Shown here piece after piece: positions 51,964-61,611 of a stretch of DNA of 64,000 nucleotides. Source of the stretch: an uncultured Propionibacteriaceae bacterium (lineage in GTDB: Bacteria > Actinomycetota > Actinomycetes > Propionibacteriales > Propionibacteriaceae). The position numbers were made by a program, and so were the translations under genes. The stretch spans positions 69,799 to 133,798 of the forward strand of contig CALIWR010000005.1 of the NCBI GenBank assembly GCA_938046585.1. Direction: 5' to 3'. How positions within the stretch are numbered: position 1 is the first letter of the stretch; each line of letters starts with the position of its first letter. A model generated the notes under the pieces. That model was not told where the DNA came from. It searched no databases and saw only the letters and a program-made list of their open reading frames with translations.

Positions 51964-52344
51964 ATGTTGGACGTGGAACTGTCCCAGCTCGACAGCGCGG
52001 TCAGTGAACTGCAGGCGCAGCTGCGCGACGGCCTGGTCGCCGCCGACATCCTGGACCTGACCAGCGGCATCAGCCTGGCTGGGTTCAACGCGAACCCAGC
52101 TGCGACGGCGATGTTCCCGCTGATGGCCGACCAGATCAACAAGATGCTGGAGGGGATCGCCTACCCCGAGCTGAACCGGTTCTTCCTGCTCGATCTGCAC
52201 AGCGACCATTCCCTGGTCGTGGTCCGATCCGGCGACGACCTGTTAGCCACTTTGCTGATCGACAACACCAAGACCACACTCGGGGTACTGCTCGGCGTCG
52301 CGATCCCACGGGCCCTGGCCAATATTGACGCTGCCCGGCGTTGA
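51964..52344 (+). CDS. Roadblock/LC7 (MglB-like) domain protein
   Basis: 126 aa. AAGGAG RBS 7 nt upstream of the ATG. The pattern ILDLTSGISLAG...FFLLDLHSDHSLVVVRSGDDLLATLLIDNTKTTLGVLLGVAI parallels the MglB/Roadblock alpha-beta core (..DNRTSLGLVRLRI.. in MglB). Confidence 0.5.
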   Translation: MLDVELSQLDSAVSELQAQLRDGLVAADILDLTSGISLAGFNANPAATAMFPLMADQINKMLEGIAYPELNRFFLLDLHSDHSLVVVRSGDDLLATLLIDNTKTTLGVLLGVAIPRALANIDAARR

Positions 52345-52352
52345 ACCCAGCC

Positions 52353-53519
52353 GTGCGTGACGTCATCCTGCTCGGCTCGACCGGGTCGATCGGCACCCAG
52401 ACCCTCGATGTCGTCGGCCGTCACCGGGGCCGCTTCCGGATCGCGGGGCTGGCCGCCGCAGGTAGCCAGGTCGAGCTCCTGGCCGACCAGGTACGCCGCT
52501 TCGCGCCACCCGTGGTCGCTGTTGGTAGCGACCGGGCGGCGGCCCAGCTGCGGGCCCTGATCGGACCACAGACCACGATCTGGGCTGGTCCTGACGCCGC
52601 AACCCGGCTCGCCGGCTCCCGGTGCGATGTGGTGCTGAACGCCATCACCGGATCGGCCGGGTTGCTGCCCACCCTGGCTGCCCTGGCCGCAGGCACCACC
52701 GTGGCCCTGGCCAACAAAGAGTCGCTGGTGATTGGCGGTCGGCTGGTCACCGAGGCGGCTGCGCCCGGGCAGATCGTGGCCGTCGACTCAGAACACTCCG
52801 CCTTCGCCCAGGCCCTGCGAGCCGGACGGGCCGACGAAGTGCGCCGTCTGATCCTGACTGCCTCTGGCGGACCGTTCCGGGGACGTAGCCGGGCCGACCT
52901 AGCCGAGGTCACCTACGACCAGGCGATGGCTCACCCCACCTGGGCGATGGGCCGGGTGATCACGATCAACTCGGCGACCCTGGTCAACAAGGGACTGGAA
53001 CTGCTCGAGGCAGGGCTGCTGTACCAGACCCCACTCGACCAGATCACGGTGGTGGTACACCCCCAGTCGGTTGTCCACTCGATGGTGGAATTCTGCGACG
53101 GCTCCACCATCGCCCAGTGCTCACCGCCGGACATGCGGCTGCCGATCGCGCTCGGGTTGACCTGGCCGCAGCGTCTGCCGGACGCCGCCGCGGCCTGTGA
53201 CTGGACCCAGGCCGGTTCGTGGACCTTCGAGCCGCTCGACGCCGAGGCCTTTCCCGCCGTTGAACTGGCCCGGCGCTGCGGGATCGCCGGTGGCACTGCG
53301 CCAGCGGTTTTCAACGCCGTCAATGAGGTCTGCGTGGACGCCTTCTGCGAGCAGCGGCTGTCCTTCCTGGGGATCGTCGACACCGTAGCCGCGGTTGTCG
53401 ACGAGCACCTGGCCAGGCCCGACATAGACTCCCTGAGCGTCGAGGCGGTCCTCGCCGCCGATGCCTGGGCCCGCGACCGGGCCGTCCGGCTGACCAGCCG
53501 GCCGGTTGGAGAGGAGTAG
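52353..53519 (+). CDS. dxr: 1-deoxy-D-xylulose 5-phosphate reductoisomerase
   Basis: ILLGSTGSIGTQTLDV (NADPH-binding N-terminus), LANKESLV and SEHSA motifs. GTG 52353 gives a canonical N-terminus; the TTG at 52341 overlaps the upstream stop. Confidence 0.9.
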   Translation: MRDVILLGSTGSIGTQTLDVVGRHRGRFRIAGLAAAGSQVELLADQVRRFAPPVVAVGSDRAAAQLRALIGPQTTIWAGPDAATRLAGSRCDVVLNAITGSAGLLPTLAALAAGTTVALANKESLVIGGRLVTEAAAPGQIVAVDSEHSAFAQALRAGRADEVRRLILTASGGPFRGRSRADLAEVTYDQAMAHPTWAMGRVITINSATLVNKGLELLEAGLLYQTPLDQITVVVHPQSVVHSMVEFCDGSTIAQCSPPDMRLPIALGLTWPQRLPDAAAACDWTQAGSWTFEPLDAEAFPAVELARRCGIAGGTAPAVFNAVNEVCVDAFCEQRLSFLGIVDTVAAVVDEHLARPDIDSLSVEAVLAADAWARDRAVRLTSRPVGEE

Positions 53520-53520
53520 C

Positions 53521-54786
53521 GTGAACATCCTGCTGATGATCGTGGCCGCGATCGGGTTTTTCGTCCTGATCCTGGTCTCGATCGCGCTTCACGAAGTGGG
53601 GCATATGGTGCCTGCCAAGAGATTCGGGGTCCGGGTCTCGCAGTACTTCGTGGGCTTCGGCAAGACCATCTGGTCGAAACAGGTCGGGGAGACCGAGTAC
53701 GGGCTGAAACTGATCCCGCTTGGCGGCTATGTCCGGCTGGTGGGGATGTTCCCGCCCGAGTCGAAACGTCGTACCGGTCGGCTCGCCCAGATCGCTAACG
53801 AGGCCAGGGCAACCGAGTGGGAGACGATCACCCCCGACGACGTCCGCGATCAACGGCTCTTCTACCAGAAAAAGACCTGGCAGAAACTCATCGTGATGTT
53901 CGGCGGGCCGTTTATGAACATCCTGCTCGCCTACGGGATCTTTCTCGGCATCAACCAGTTCCACGGGCAACTGCAGTCGACGCTGCAGATCAAGTCGGTC
54001 GTTGCCTGCGTCACCGAAGCTCCTGCCGCCTGCGTCGAGTCGCCGGCCAAGGCCGCCGGGGCTCAGCCCGGCGACACGATCGTCGCCTTCAACGGGCAGC
54101 CGGTGTCGCGGTGGAGCGACCTGGTGACCCTAGTCCGGGCCAATGGCTCCGGCACCGTCCGGCTTACTGTGGACCGGGGCGGGCAGCGGATCGACCTCAC
54201 ACCGGTTCCCGGCGCGGTACGCACGATGGCCGCGCTCGACGACCCGACCAAAACGGTGGAGGCAGGTTTCGTCGGGGTGCAGCCGAACTCCGCCCTAGTT
54301 CGGGTCGGCCCGGTCCAGACCGCGATCGACATGTGGGACCTGACCCGCCAGAGCGTGGTGGCCCTGATCGGCTTCCCAGCTAAGGTCATCACCACCGCCT
54401 ACGACCTGGTCACCGGAAAACCGCGGGACGTGAACGGCCCGATTAGCGTGGTCGGGGCGTCTCGGGCGGCGGGGGAGATCGCCACCACCGAGCGCTTGAC
54501 CACTCAGTCCCGGATCGCGTCGTACTTTTCGCTGCTGGCCGGGGTGAACCTGTTTGTGGCGCTGCTCAATCTGGTGCCGCTGCTGCCCTTCGACGGCGGG
54601 CATATCGCGGGGGCGCTGTGGGAGGGGCTGCGTCGCGCGGTGTCTCGGCTGTTGCGCCGCCGCGACCCCGGCTACGTCGACACCGCCCGCTTGCTGCCGG
54701 TGGCGTATGTTGTAGGGGGTTTTCTGCTGTTCGCCGGCGCGGTGCTGATCGTGGCCGACATCATCAGTCCCGTCCGCATCTTCTAA
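53521..54786 (+). CDS. rip1: site-2 protease (M50 zinc metalloprotease Rip1/RseP) with PDZ domain
   Basis: HEVGHM (HExxH) in TM1, a PDZ region (GAQPGDTIVAFNGQPV) and LDG motif NLVPLLPFDGGH. GTG start with GGAGAGGAG RBS. Confidence 0.9.
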   Translation: MNILLMIVAAIGFFVLILVSIALHEVGHMVPAKRFGVRVSQYFVGFGKTIWSKQVGETEYGLKLIPLGGYVRLVGMFPPESKRRTGRLAQIANEARATEWETITPDDVRDQRLFYQKKTWQKLIVMFGGPFMNILLAYGIFLGINQFHGQLQSTLQIKSVVACVTEAPAACVESPAKAAGAQPGDTIVAFNGQPVSRWSDLVTLVRANGSGTVRLTVDRGGQRIDLTPVPGAVRTMAALDDPTKTVEAGFVGVQPNSALVRVGPVQTAIDMWDLTRQSVVALIGFPAKVITTAYDLVTGKPRDVNGPISVVGASRAAGEIATTERLTTQSRIASYFSLLAGVNLFVALLNLVPLLPFDGGHIAGALWEGLRRAVSRLLRRRDPGYVDTARLLPVAYVVGGFLLFAGAVLIVADIISPVRIF

Positions 54787-54801
54787 CGCATCAGGAGTCT
54801 C

Positions 54802-55953
54802 GTGGCTGCCGTCAATCTGGGGATGCCGAAGGTGGCCCCCCCCGTCCTCGCCCCTCGCCGCAAGACCCGACAATTGAAGATCGGCAAGGTGCTCGTGGGA
54901 GGCGACGCGCCGGTCTCGGTACAGTCGATGACCACCACCAAGACCACCGACATCAACGGCACCCTGCAACAAATCGCCGAGTTGACCGCCAGCGGCTGCG
55001 ACATCGTCCGGGTCGCCGTCCCCAGCCAAGACGACGCCGATGCGCTGCCGATTATCGCGAGGAAGTCACAGATCCCGGTAATCGCCGACATCCACTTCCA
55101 GCCCCGCTACGTCTTCACCGCGATCGAGGCCGGCTGCGCCGCGGTCCGGGTCAATCCCGGCAACATCAAAGCCTTCGACGACCGGATCGGCGAGATCGCC
55201 CAGGCCGCCAGCGAGGCTGGGGTGAGCCTGCGGATCGGGGTGAACGCCGGTTCGCTCGACAAGCGGCTGCTGGACAAGTACGGGGGCCCTACCCCGGAGG
55301 CGCTGGTGGAATCTGCCCTGTGGGAAGCCTCGCTGTTCGAGGAACACGGCTTCCGGGACTTCAAGATCTCGGTCAAACATCACGACCCGGTGGTGATGGT
55401 GCGGGCCTACGAACAACTCAGCGAACGGTGCGACTATCCGCTGCACCTGGGTGTCACCGAGGCCGGGCCGGCCTTCCAAGGCACCATCAAATCGGCGGTC
55501 GCCTTCGGGACCCTGCTGGCCCGCGGGATCGGCGACACGATCCGGGTCTCGTTGTCGGCGCCGCCGGTCGAGGAGGTGAAGGTCGGGGTCAAGATCCTGG
55601 AGGCACTGAATCTGCGCCCCCGGCACCTCGAGATCGTCTCCTGTCCTTCTTGCGGTCGGGCCCAGGTCGACGTGTACACCCTCGCCGAACAGGTCACCGA
55701 AGGCCTGCAGGGGATGGAGGTGCCGTTGCGGGTGGCGGTGATGGGCTGCGTCGTGAACGGCCCCGGCGAGGCCCGCGAGGCTGATCTGGGAGTGGCCTCC
55801 GGCAATGGGAAGGGCAAGATCTTCGTCCGCGGTGAGGTGATCAAAACAGTGCCCGAGGACCAGATCGTCGAGACCCTGCTAGCCGAAGCGAACCGGCTGG
55901 CCGAGGAAGTGGGCGAAATTGAGGGCAGCGCCCCGGTAGTCAGCGTCGTCTGA
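54802..55953 (+). CDS. ispG: 4-hydroxy-3-methylbut-2-enyl diphosphate synthase
   Basis: [10 protein letters not shown]-terminus and C-terminal [4Fe-4S] Cys triad (SCPSCGRA ... [10 protein letters not shown]). Confidence 0.95.
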   Translation: MAAVNLGMPKVAPPVLAPRRKTRQLKIGKVLVGGDAPVSVQSMTTTKTTDINGTLQQIAELTASGCDIVRVAVPSQDDADALPIIARKSQIPVIADIHFQPRYVFTAIEAGCAAVRVNPGNIKAFDDRIGEIAQAASEAGVSLRIGVNAGSLDKRLLDKYGGPTPEALVESALWEASLFEEHGFRDFKISVKHHDPVVMVRAYEQLSERCDYPLHLGVTEAGPAFQGTIKSAVAFGTLLARGIGDTIRVSLSAPPVEEVKVGVKILEALNLRPRHLEIVSCPSCGRAQVDVYTLAEQVTEGLQGMEVPLRVAVMGCVVNGPGEAREADLGVASGNGKGKIFVRGEVIKTVPEDQIVETLLAEANRLAEEVGEIEGSAPVVSVV

Positions 55954-56789
55954 TGCCCGGCACCATCCGTACCCTCACCAACGCTGACCTGACCGACGCG
56001 GTCAGGGTGTTGATCCAGCGCCCGTTCGAGAACGCCTTCGTCGCCTCCCGGGTGCGTGTCGGCGGGCTCGAAGCGTTCACGCTGGGTTGCGAGATGTGGG
56101 GCTACGAGGAAGACGGCCGATTGGTGTCGCTACTGCACCACGGCACCAACCTGGTCCCGATCAACGCCACGCCGGCCGCGCTGGACGCGTACTGTGCCGC
56201 GCTCGGCCCGGTCCGCTGCTGTGCCTCGATGGTAGGAGTCTCCGGCGAGGTACTCGGCCTGTGGGATCGGCTGGTGGACCGCTGGGGTAAACCCTGGGCC
56301 CAGCCCCGTGAGATCCGGCGCCACCAGCCGCTGCTGGCGTTGTCTGGCCCGCCCCGCGTCGCCCCCGATCCGCAAGTGATGCGGGTTGGTCTGGACCACG
56401 CCGACAGCTACTTCGAGGCGGCGGTTGCGATGTACACCGAGGAGGTCGGGGTCTCACCGCTGGACGGCTCGAACAGTTACCGCTGGTACGTGGAGCAGCT
56501 GATAAAACAGGGCCGGGCGATGGGAATCGTGGACCACGGCCGGGTGATCTTCAAGTCCGATGTCGGCTCGGCGACCACCGACGTCTGCCAGGTCGCCGGG
56601 GTATGGCTACGGCCGCAGCTGCGGGGGCAAGGCCGGGCCGTGGCCGCGATGGCAGCTGTCGTGGAACTGTGCCGTCAGGAATGGACCCACGTGACCCTGT
56701 ACGTGAACGACTTCAACATTGTGGCCCGCAAACTGTACCAGCGGGTAGGCTTCGAGCAGGCTGGGGAACTCGCCACGATCATGTACTGA
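55953..56789 (+). CDS. GNAT-family N-acetyltransferase (DUF4081 + acetyltransferase, Rv2867c-like)
   Basis: C-terminal acetyl-CoA motif LRPQLRGQGRAVAAMAAVV...LYVNDFNIVARKLYQRVGF. Immediately follows ispG (ATG overlaps the stop), as in mycobacteria. Confidence 0.75.
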   Translation: MPGTIRTLTNADLTDAVRVLIQRPFENAFVASRVRVGGLEAFTLGCEMWGYEEDGRLVSLLHHGTNLVPINATPAALDAYCAALGPVRCCASMVGVSGEVLGLWDRLVDRWGKPWAQPREIRRHQPLLALSGPPRVAPDPQVMRVGLDHADSYFEAAVAMYTEEVGVSPLDGSNSYRWYVEQLIKQGRAMGIVDHGRVIFKSDVGSATTDVCQVAGVWLRPQLRGQGRAVAAMAAVVELCRQEWTHVTLYVNDFNIVARKLYQRVGFEQAGELATIMY

Positions 56790-56803
56790 GCATCGACCGT
56801 CGT

Positions 56804-57313
56804 CTACCCGAAGATCACGGCCAGCAAGATGATCAGAGTTGGGAGCCCGAGGATGACTCCCAAGATCCCGAGCGTAATGCCCAGCCCCCGGCGTTTCTGC
56901 GGCTCGAAACCGAGGGCGCCCGCGGCGAACTGGTGAAACGGCGGGGCATACCAGAGGCGGATCTGCTGCCCCGGTTCCGGATTGAGGTTAATCTCTGCCT
57001 TACCGAAGGTGACCAGCCACTGCATGCTGATGCCCAGGTGCAGAGGACCGGCCGGCACCGGGATGGTGTTCAGGCCGTAGTTCAGGGTCCGGGGGAAACC
57101 GTTCAGGGTGGCCGAGGGCGGGACGATGCTGCTGCTCAGCATGCTGCCCTGCACTGTGAGCTGGATCACCGCCGGCTGGCTCGCCACATTCGCGTTCCCC
57201 TGCGGAAATCCCGGCTGCGGCTGAGGGGCGGGGCCCGGCTGGGGCTGCCCGTACTGCGGGGTTGGTGTGGGATTCGGCTGAGGCTGTTCGTACGGCTGCG
57301 GCTGGTAAGTCAC
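56804..57313 (-). CDS. proline/glutamine-rich membrane-anchored protein
   Basis: N-terminal PQP repeats (QPQPYEQPQPNPTPTPQYGQPQPGPAPQPQPG), a central globular segment and a C-terminal TM helix (GITLGILGVILGLPTLIILLAVIFG). Confidence 0.55.
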   Translation of the reverse strand: MTYQPQPYEQPQPNPTPTPQYGQPQPGPAPQPQPGFPQGNANVASQPAVIQLTVQGSMLSSSIVPPSATLNGFPRTLNYGLNTIPVPAGPLHLGISMQWLVTFGKAEINLNPEPGQQIRLWYAPPFHQFAAGALGFEPQKRRGLGITLGILGVILGLPTLIILLAVIFG

Positions 57314-57442
57314 GGGGGCTCATCTTAGAGGGCGGTGATCCTCAGCTAGTCCTGAGGCCAACGACAGGTTCTTCACAGGTAGGAACTGGATCGTTGGTAG
57401 GGAAATCGGGCCGCGGCCCATCGCTCACACCGAAGAGGAGAC

Positions 57443-58042
57443 ATGCCGGTGATCATCAAGAAGAAACTCGTTGTCGGCGCCGCAGCGCTGCTAGCCGGGG
57501 GTGGGATCGCGCTCGGGGTGGCGTCCATGGCCACCGCTGATCAAGCCGGCCCGGGGGCCGCGCACCCCAGCGCTGTCGCCGGCCGGGCCCACGCCCCGAA
57601 CCCGGATGGTTCTGGTCAGGTCGACGGCAAGGAAGGTCGTCCCCGCCATAGCGAGGTAACCGGTGAGGAGGCGACCAAGGTGGCGGCGGCGGTCACTGCG
57701 AAGGACTCGGCGGTCACGGTCGAGAAGGTCATGAAAGACGAGGACGGCTCCTACCATGCGCTGGGCACCAAGAACGGCTCCCGGGTTCACTACCAGGTAA
57801 GCGCTGATCTGGCCACGGTCACCGAGGCCGCTGATCGGGGCCCCGGCCGGGGCCAGCCGGCGAACGCGGACGAGACGGCCAAGGTCACCGCCGCGATCAC
57901 CGCAAAGTATCCGGGCGTGACCATCGACAAGGTGTCCAAGACCACCGACGGGTCGTTCCTGGCCCGGGGCACCAAGGACGGTAAGCGGGTCGGCTATCAG
58001 GTGAGTGCCGACCTGAACACCATCACGGAACGTACTCGATAG
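57443..58042 (+). CDS. secreted protein with two PepSY domains
   Basis: Signal peptide and two tandem repeats: [51 protein letters not shown] and [63 protein letters not shown]. Confidence 0.7.
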   Translation: MPVIIKKKLVVGAAALLAGGGIALGVASMATADQAGPGAAHPSAVAGRAHAPNPDGSGQVDGKEGRPRHSEVTGEEATKVAAAVTAKDSAVTVEKVMKDEDGSYHALGTKNGSRVHYQVSADLATVTEAADRGPGRGQPANADETAKVTAAITAKYPGVTIDKVSKTTDGSFLARGTKDGKRVGYQVSADLNTITERTR

Positions 58043-58164
58043 GCCTGCCTGGCCCGGCGGGGCCCCGTCCCCAGCGGCGGGGTTTCGCCGGGTGTGATGC
58101 GCCGAGCGGGTTGGCGGCAGTAGGCTCCTGCGCGATCAGAACCCGGCCGATGAAGGAGTCTCGC

Positions 58165-59952
58165 GTGGCCGTTACCAGGATGTCGCACCTCTTTGTCCGT
58201 ACCTTGCGGGAGGCCCCGGCCGATGCTGAGCTGCCGAGCCACCAGTGGCTGGTCCGGGCTGGCTACATCCGCCGGGCGGCGCCGGGGATCTATTCCTGGC
58301 TGCCGTTGGGGCTCAAAGTGCTAGCGAAGGTGGAGCAGATCGTACGGGAGGAGATCGAGGCGATCGGGGCCCAGGAGGTCCGTTTCCCAGCGCTGCTGCC
58401 GAAGGACCCGTATCAGGCTACCGGCCGCTGGGACGAGTACGGCCCGACCCTGTTCCGGCTGCAAGACCGCAAGGGCGCTGACCTGCTGCTCGGACCGACC
58501 CACGAGGAATTGTTCACGCTGCTCGTGAAAGACCTGTATTCCTCGTACCGGGATCTGCCGTTGATCCTGTACCAGATCCAGACCAAATACCGTGACGAGG
58601 CCCGCCCTCGGGCCGGGTTGTTACGCGGACGCGAATTCGTGATGAAGGATTCGTACAGCTTCGATCTGGACCCGGACGGGCTGGCGGCCAGCTACCAGCG
58701 CCACCGCGAGGCGTACATCAAGGTGATGGACCGTCTCGGCTTGGAGTATGTGATCGTCAAGGCCACCTCCGGCGCGATGGGCGGCTCGGCCTCGGAGGAG
58801 TTCCTGGCGGTCGCCGCGAACGGAGAGGACACCTTCGCCCGCTCACCCGGCGGATACGCGGCAAACGTGGAGGCGGTGGTGGTGAACCCGCCCGAGCCGG
58901 TCGACGCCAGCCAGGTCCCGGCCCCGACCCGTGTCACCACCCCGGAGGCGGGGACCATCGAGGCCCTGGTGACTGCGCTGAACGAGATGGCACCCCGCCC
59001 GGACCGGCCCTGGGAAGCAGGCGACACGTTGAAGAACGTGGTGCTGATGCTGCGTCACCCTGGCGGTCGCACCGAGCCCCTGGTGATCGGGCTGCCCGGC
59101 GACCGGGAAGTCGACCCGAAACGGCTAGAGGCGGCGGTTGCCCCGGCCGAGGCGGTGCCGTTCACCGACGCCGACTTTGAGCAGCATCCGCTGCTGGTGA
59201 AAGGCTACATTGGCCCAGCCGCCGGCGGCGCCCAGCTGTTGGGGGAGAAGGCCCCGGCCCGGATCCGGTACCTGGTCGACCCGCGGGTGGTCGAGGGCAG
59301 CGCTTGGGTGAGCGGCGCCAACGTCGTCGACACCCACCTGGTGAACCTGGTGATGGGCCGTGACTTCACCGCCGACGGCAGCATCGACGTCGCCGAGGTC
59401 CGCGCTGGGGATCCGGCCCCCGACGGCTCGGGGCCGCTGGAACTCGCCCGAGGGGTGGAGATGGGCCACATTTTCCAGCTCGGCACCAAATACGCCGAGG
59501 CGCTCGGGCTGCAGGTGCTGGACCAGAACGGCAAGCTCCGGACCGTGACCATGGGTTCGTACGGGATCGGGATCTCGCGGGCGGTGGCGATGGTCGCTGA
59601 GACCACCTGCGACGAACGGGGTCTGGCCTGGCCGCGGGCGCTCGCCCCGTACGACGTGGTGGTGTTGGTCGCTGGCAACGGCGAGCGACAGGTGGCGGAG
59701 GCCGAGCGGATCGCGTCGGAGCTGTCCGGAGCCGGGCTGGAGGTGCTGATCGACGACCGGAAGGCGTCGCCCGGGGTGAAGTTCACCGACGCCGAGGTGC
59801 TCGGGATACCGACCGCGGTCATCGTCGGCCGGGGGCTGGCCCAAGGCCTGGTCGAGGTCCGGGACCGAGCCTCAGGTGATCAGTGCGATGTCGCGCTCGA
59901 GGACGCGGTCAGATACGTGGTGGCCGCCGTTCAGGACGGATCCCACCGCTGA
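58165..59952 (+). CDS. proS: proline--tRNA ligase (bacterial-type, with editing domain)
   Basis: N-terminus [33 protein letters not shown]...YSWLPLGL matches ProS. Class II motifs are present (FRDE region [24 protein letters not shown]). GTG start with GAAGGAG 6 nt upstream; the 18-codon ORF extension is rejected. Confidence 0.95.
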   Translation: MAVTRMSHLFVRTLREAPADAELPSHQWLVRAGYIRRAAPGIYSWLPLGLKVLAKVEQIVREEIEAIGAQEVRFPALLPKDPYQATGRWDEYGPTLFRLQDRKGADLLLGPTHEELFTLLVKDLYSSYRDLPLILYQIQTKYRDEARPRAGLLRGREFVMKDSYSFDLDPDGLAASYQRHREAYIKVMDRLGLEYVIVKATSGAMGGSASEEFLAVAANGEDTFARSPGGYAANVEAVVVNPPEPVDASQVPAPTRVTTPEAGTIEALVTALNEMAPRPDRPWEAGDTLKNVVLMLRHPGGRTEPLVIGLPGDREVDPKRLEAAVAPAEAVPFTDADFEQHPLLVKGYIGPAAGGAQLLGEKAPARIRYLVDPRVVEGSAWVSGANVVDTHLVNLVMGRDFTADGSIDVAEVRAGDPAPDGSGPLELARGVEMGHIFQLGTKYAEALGLQVLDQNGKLRTVTMGSYGIGISRAVAMVAETTCDERGLAWPRALAPYDVVVLVAGNGERQVAEAERIASELSGAGLEVLIDDRKASPGVKFTDAEVLGIPTAVIVGRGLAQGLVEVRDRASGDQCDVALEDAVRYVVAAVQDGSHR

Positions 59953-59971
59953 GCGGCCCGGGCCCCGTGGC

Positions 59972-60337
59972 TTATCGCGGGGGTGCGGTGTTGACCCGCG
60001 GCGGTGGGCTGGCTGCCCAGGAATCCGGGACCGGCCCGACGTCTTCCCGGTCGGACCGGATCGTCCAGACCTGGCCCGGGCACAGCCGCTCCAGCCCGCC
60101 ACCGCCAGGCGAGCCGGCCCAGGACAGATCGCGTAGCTCACAGGAGGCGTCGGTGACTGCACTGACCGCCTCTCCCGGGAGCAGCCGGTAGCTCCAGAAT
60201 GTGTTCCCGGTGACCCAGGTCACCTGAACCTGAGTTGGAGAGTCATTCCAGACGTACGCCCGGGCCGGGGCGGCGCAGCCGGCAGTCCCGGCCGTCAGGG
60301 CGGCGGCCACCAGCGAAAACAGCAATGCCTTGCCCAT
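59972..60337 (-). CDS. small lipoprotein/secreted protein of unknown function
   Basis: MGKALLFSLVAAALTAGTAGCAAPA signal and lipobox, then a ~95-aa mature domain with two Cys. Convergent with proS. Confidence 0.5.
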   Translation of the reverse strand: MGKALLFSLVAAALTAGTAGCAAPARAYVWNDSPTQVQVTWVTGNTFWSYRLLPGEAVSAVTDASCELRDLSWAGSPGGGGLERLCPGQVWTIRSDREDVGPVPDSWAASPPPRVNTAPPR

Positions 60338-60485
60338 GACGTCACCCTAACTCACGAGCCGCGAGCTGGCTGGCGCCAGGCGAGCCGGCCTTCCAGACGT
60401 TTCTCCCTCTTGACAGGAGGCCGGCCGGCGGCAGAAGCTGATACCAGAGTCCTGGCAAGCCCGGGTTGGATTGTCGTGGAGGTGA

Positions 60486-60884
60486 CCATGTCTGTTTCAC
60501 GATCGGCTATCAAGACTGGCGCTATGCCTGTGTCTGACGTTCCCAGCCACTCCCGCGGATGCGGGCTGGTACCGGGAGCATCTCAACGGCGATCAAGGGG
60601 TCCATGCCTACGGTGCCGTGTACCTGAGTTTCGTCTACGCTGTGAACGAGGCTCACGTGCGCGTAACCAAGCCTCGTGGGCATGCTGGCTACTCGTGGGG
60701 AAGTGTCCAGTCGTATGGGCGAAGCGCAACGATAGAGAACCCTCACACGACTATCACGTCATACGTGTACACGAGAAAGTCTGCCTATTATGGCGCGGGA
60801 TCCGGGATTACCAAGGGCCAAGCATGTGTGGACATCCCGTTCTGGTTCGACAGCTGCAGTGAGGCAGATGTCGGTCCCGCGTAG
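60486..60884 (+). CDS. small secreted Tyr/Gly/Ser-rich peptide, candidate bacteriocin-like precursor; start/frame anomalous
   Basis: Frame 0 is open from 60486 and encodes ...RLALCLCLTFPATPADA|GWYREHLNGDQGVHAYG...YYGAGSGITKGQACVDIPFWFDSCSEADVGPA. The first segment is signal-peptide-like with an A-x-A site. Frame 0 has no ATG/GTG/TTG before M60618, only CTG 60492. Strong GGAGGTGA SD at 60478-60485. ATG 60488 is in the +2 frame. Local GC is ~55%. Confidence 0.4.
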   Translation, partial: PCLFHDRLSRLALCLCLTFPATPADAGWYREHLNGDQGVHAYGAVYLSFVYAVNEAHVRVTKPRGHAGYSWGSVQSYGRSATIENPHTTITSYVYTRKSAYYGAGSGITKGQACVDIPFWFDSCSEADVGPA

Positions 60885-61611
60885 AGCTGTCGGCAGCGAG
60901 CCGGGGCTGCGGTTTGAGGCAGTCAGCCACCGATATGGGCGGCGGGGGAGACCGGTCATCGACACTCTCTCGTTCGTGCTCCAGGTCGGGGTCACGGGTC
61001 TTGTCGGCGTCAACGGCGCCGGAAAGACCACCCTGATCCGGATGGCGGCCGGGGCGCTGGCCCCGTGGCGGGGAACAGTGTCCTGCGGCGACGCTGATCT
61101 GTACCGGGACCAGCGCCGCCGGGGCCTGTCTCGGATCGCCTGGATGCCGCAGACCGCGCTGTCAGTGCCGGGACTGACCGCTCACGAGCTCGTTACCTAC
61201 ACCACCTGGATGCGGGGCTGTTCGTGGACCGAGGCCCGTCGACGGGCCACGCAGGCCCTCGACGCGGTCGAGCTCAGCGCCCGCGCCAGCTCACGTACCG
61301 GTCGGCTCTCGGGCGGGATGGTGAGACGGGTTTGGCTGGCGCAGGCTCTGGCTGCCCAGTCGCAGGTGCTGCTGCTAGACGAACCCAGCACCGGGCTGGA
61401 TCCTCGGCAGCGGGCCACTATGGTCCGGCTGCTCGGGCAGATCACCGACCGCGTGGTGCTGCTGTCGAGCCACATCCTGGAGGACGTGGCCGAGCTGGCG
61501 GACCGGGTTCTGGTCCTGGACCAGGGCCGGATCGTCTACGACGGTGACCGCCCGGCCTGTCTGGACGCCGCCTGGTTCCAGCGCCAGACCGGGGCTGGGG
61601 GTGAGCCGTGA
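60868..61611 (+). CDS. ABC transporter ATP-binding protein
   Basis: Walker A GVNGAGKTT, signature LSGGMVRRVWLAQAL and Walker B LLLLDEP. ATG 60868 is preceded by GAGG and overlaps the 3' end of the peptide gene by 17 nt. The longer 5' ORF is rejected. Confidence 0.8.
   Translation: MSVPRRAVGSEPGLRFEAVSHRYGRRGRPVIDTLSFVLQVGVTGLVGVNGAGKTTLIRMAAGALAPWRGTVSCGDADLYRDQRRRGLSRIAWMPQTALSVPGLTAHELVTYTTWMRGCSWTEARRRATQALDAVELSARASSRTGRLSGGMVRRVWLAQALAAQSQVLLLDEPSTGLDPRQRATMVRLLGQITDRVVLLSSHILEDVAELADRVLVLDQGRIVYDGDRPACLDAAWFQRQTGAGGEP

Noticed and set aside
56804-57313. PQP-rich repeat region as CRISPR or tandem DNA repeat
   Set aside because: The repeats are short, imperfect and in-frame coding (proline-rich protein). 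There is no repeat-spacer periodicity.
60410-60862. 150-aa ORF (frame +2) starting MTGG.../MSVSRSAIK... as the real peptide gene
   Set aside because: Beyond the first ~12 residues the translation is Arg/Cys-rich nonsense. The overlapping frame 0 gives a coherent secreted peptide. Only the ATG itself may be genuine (see frame-anomaly finding).
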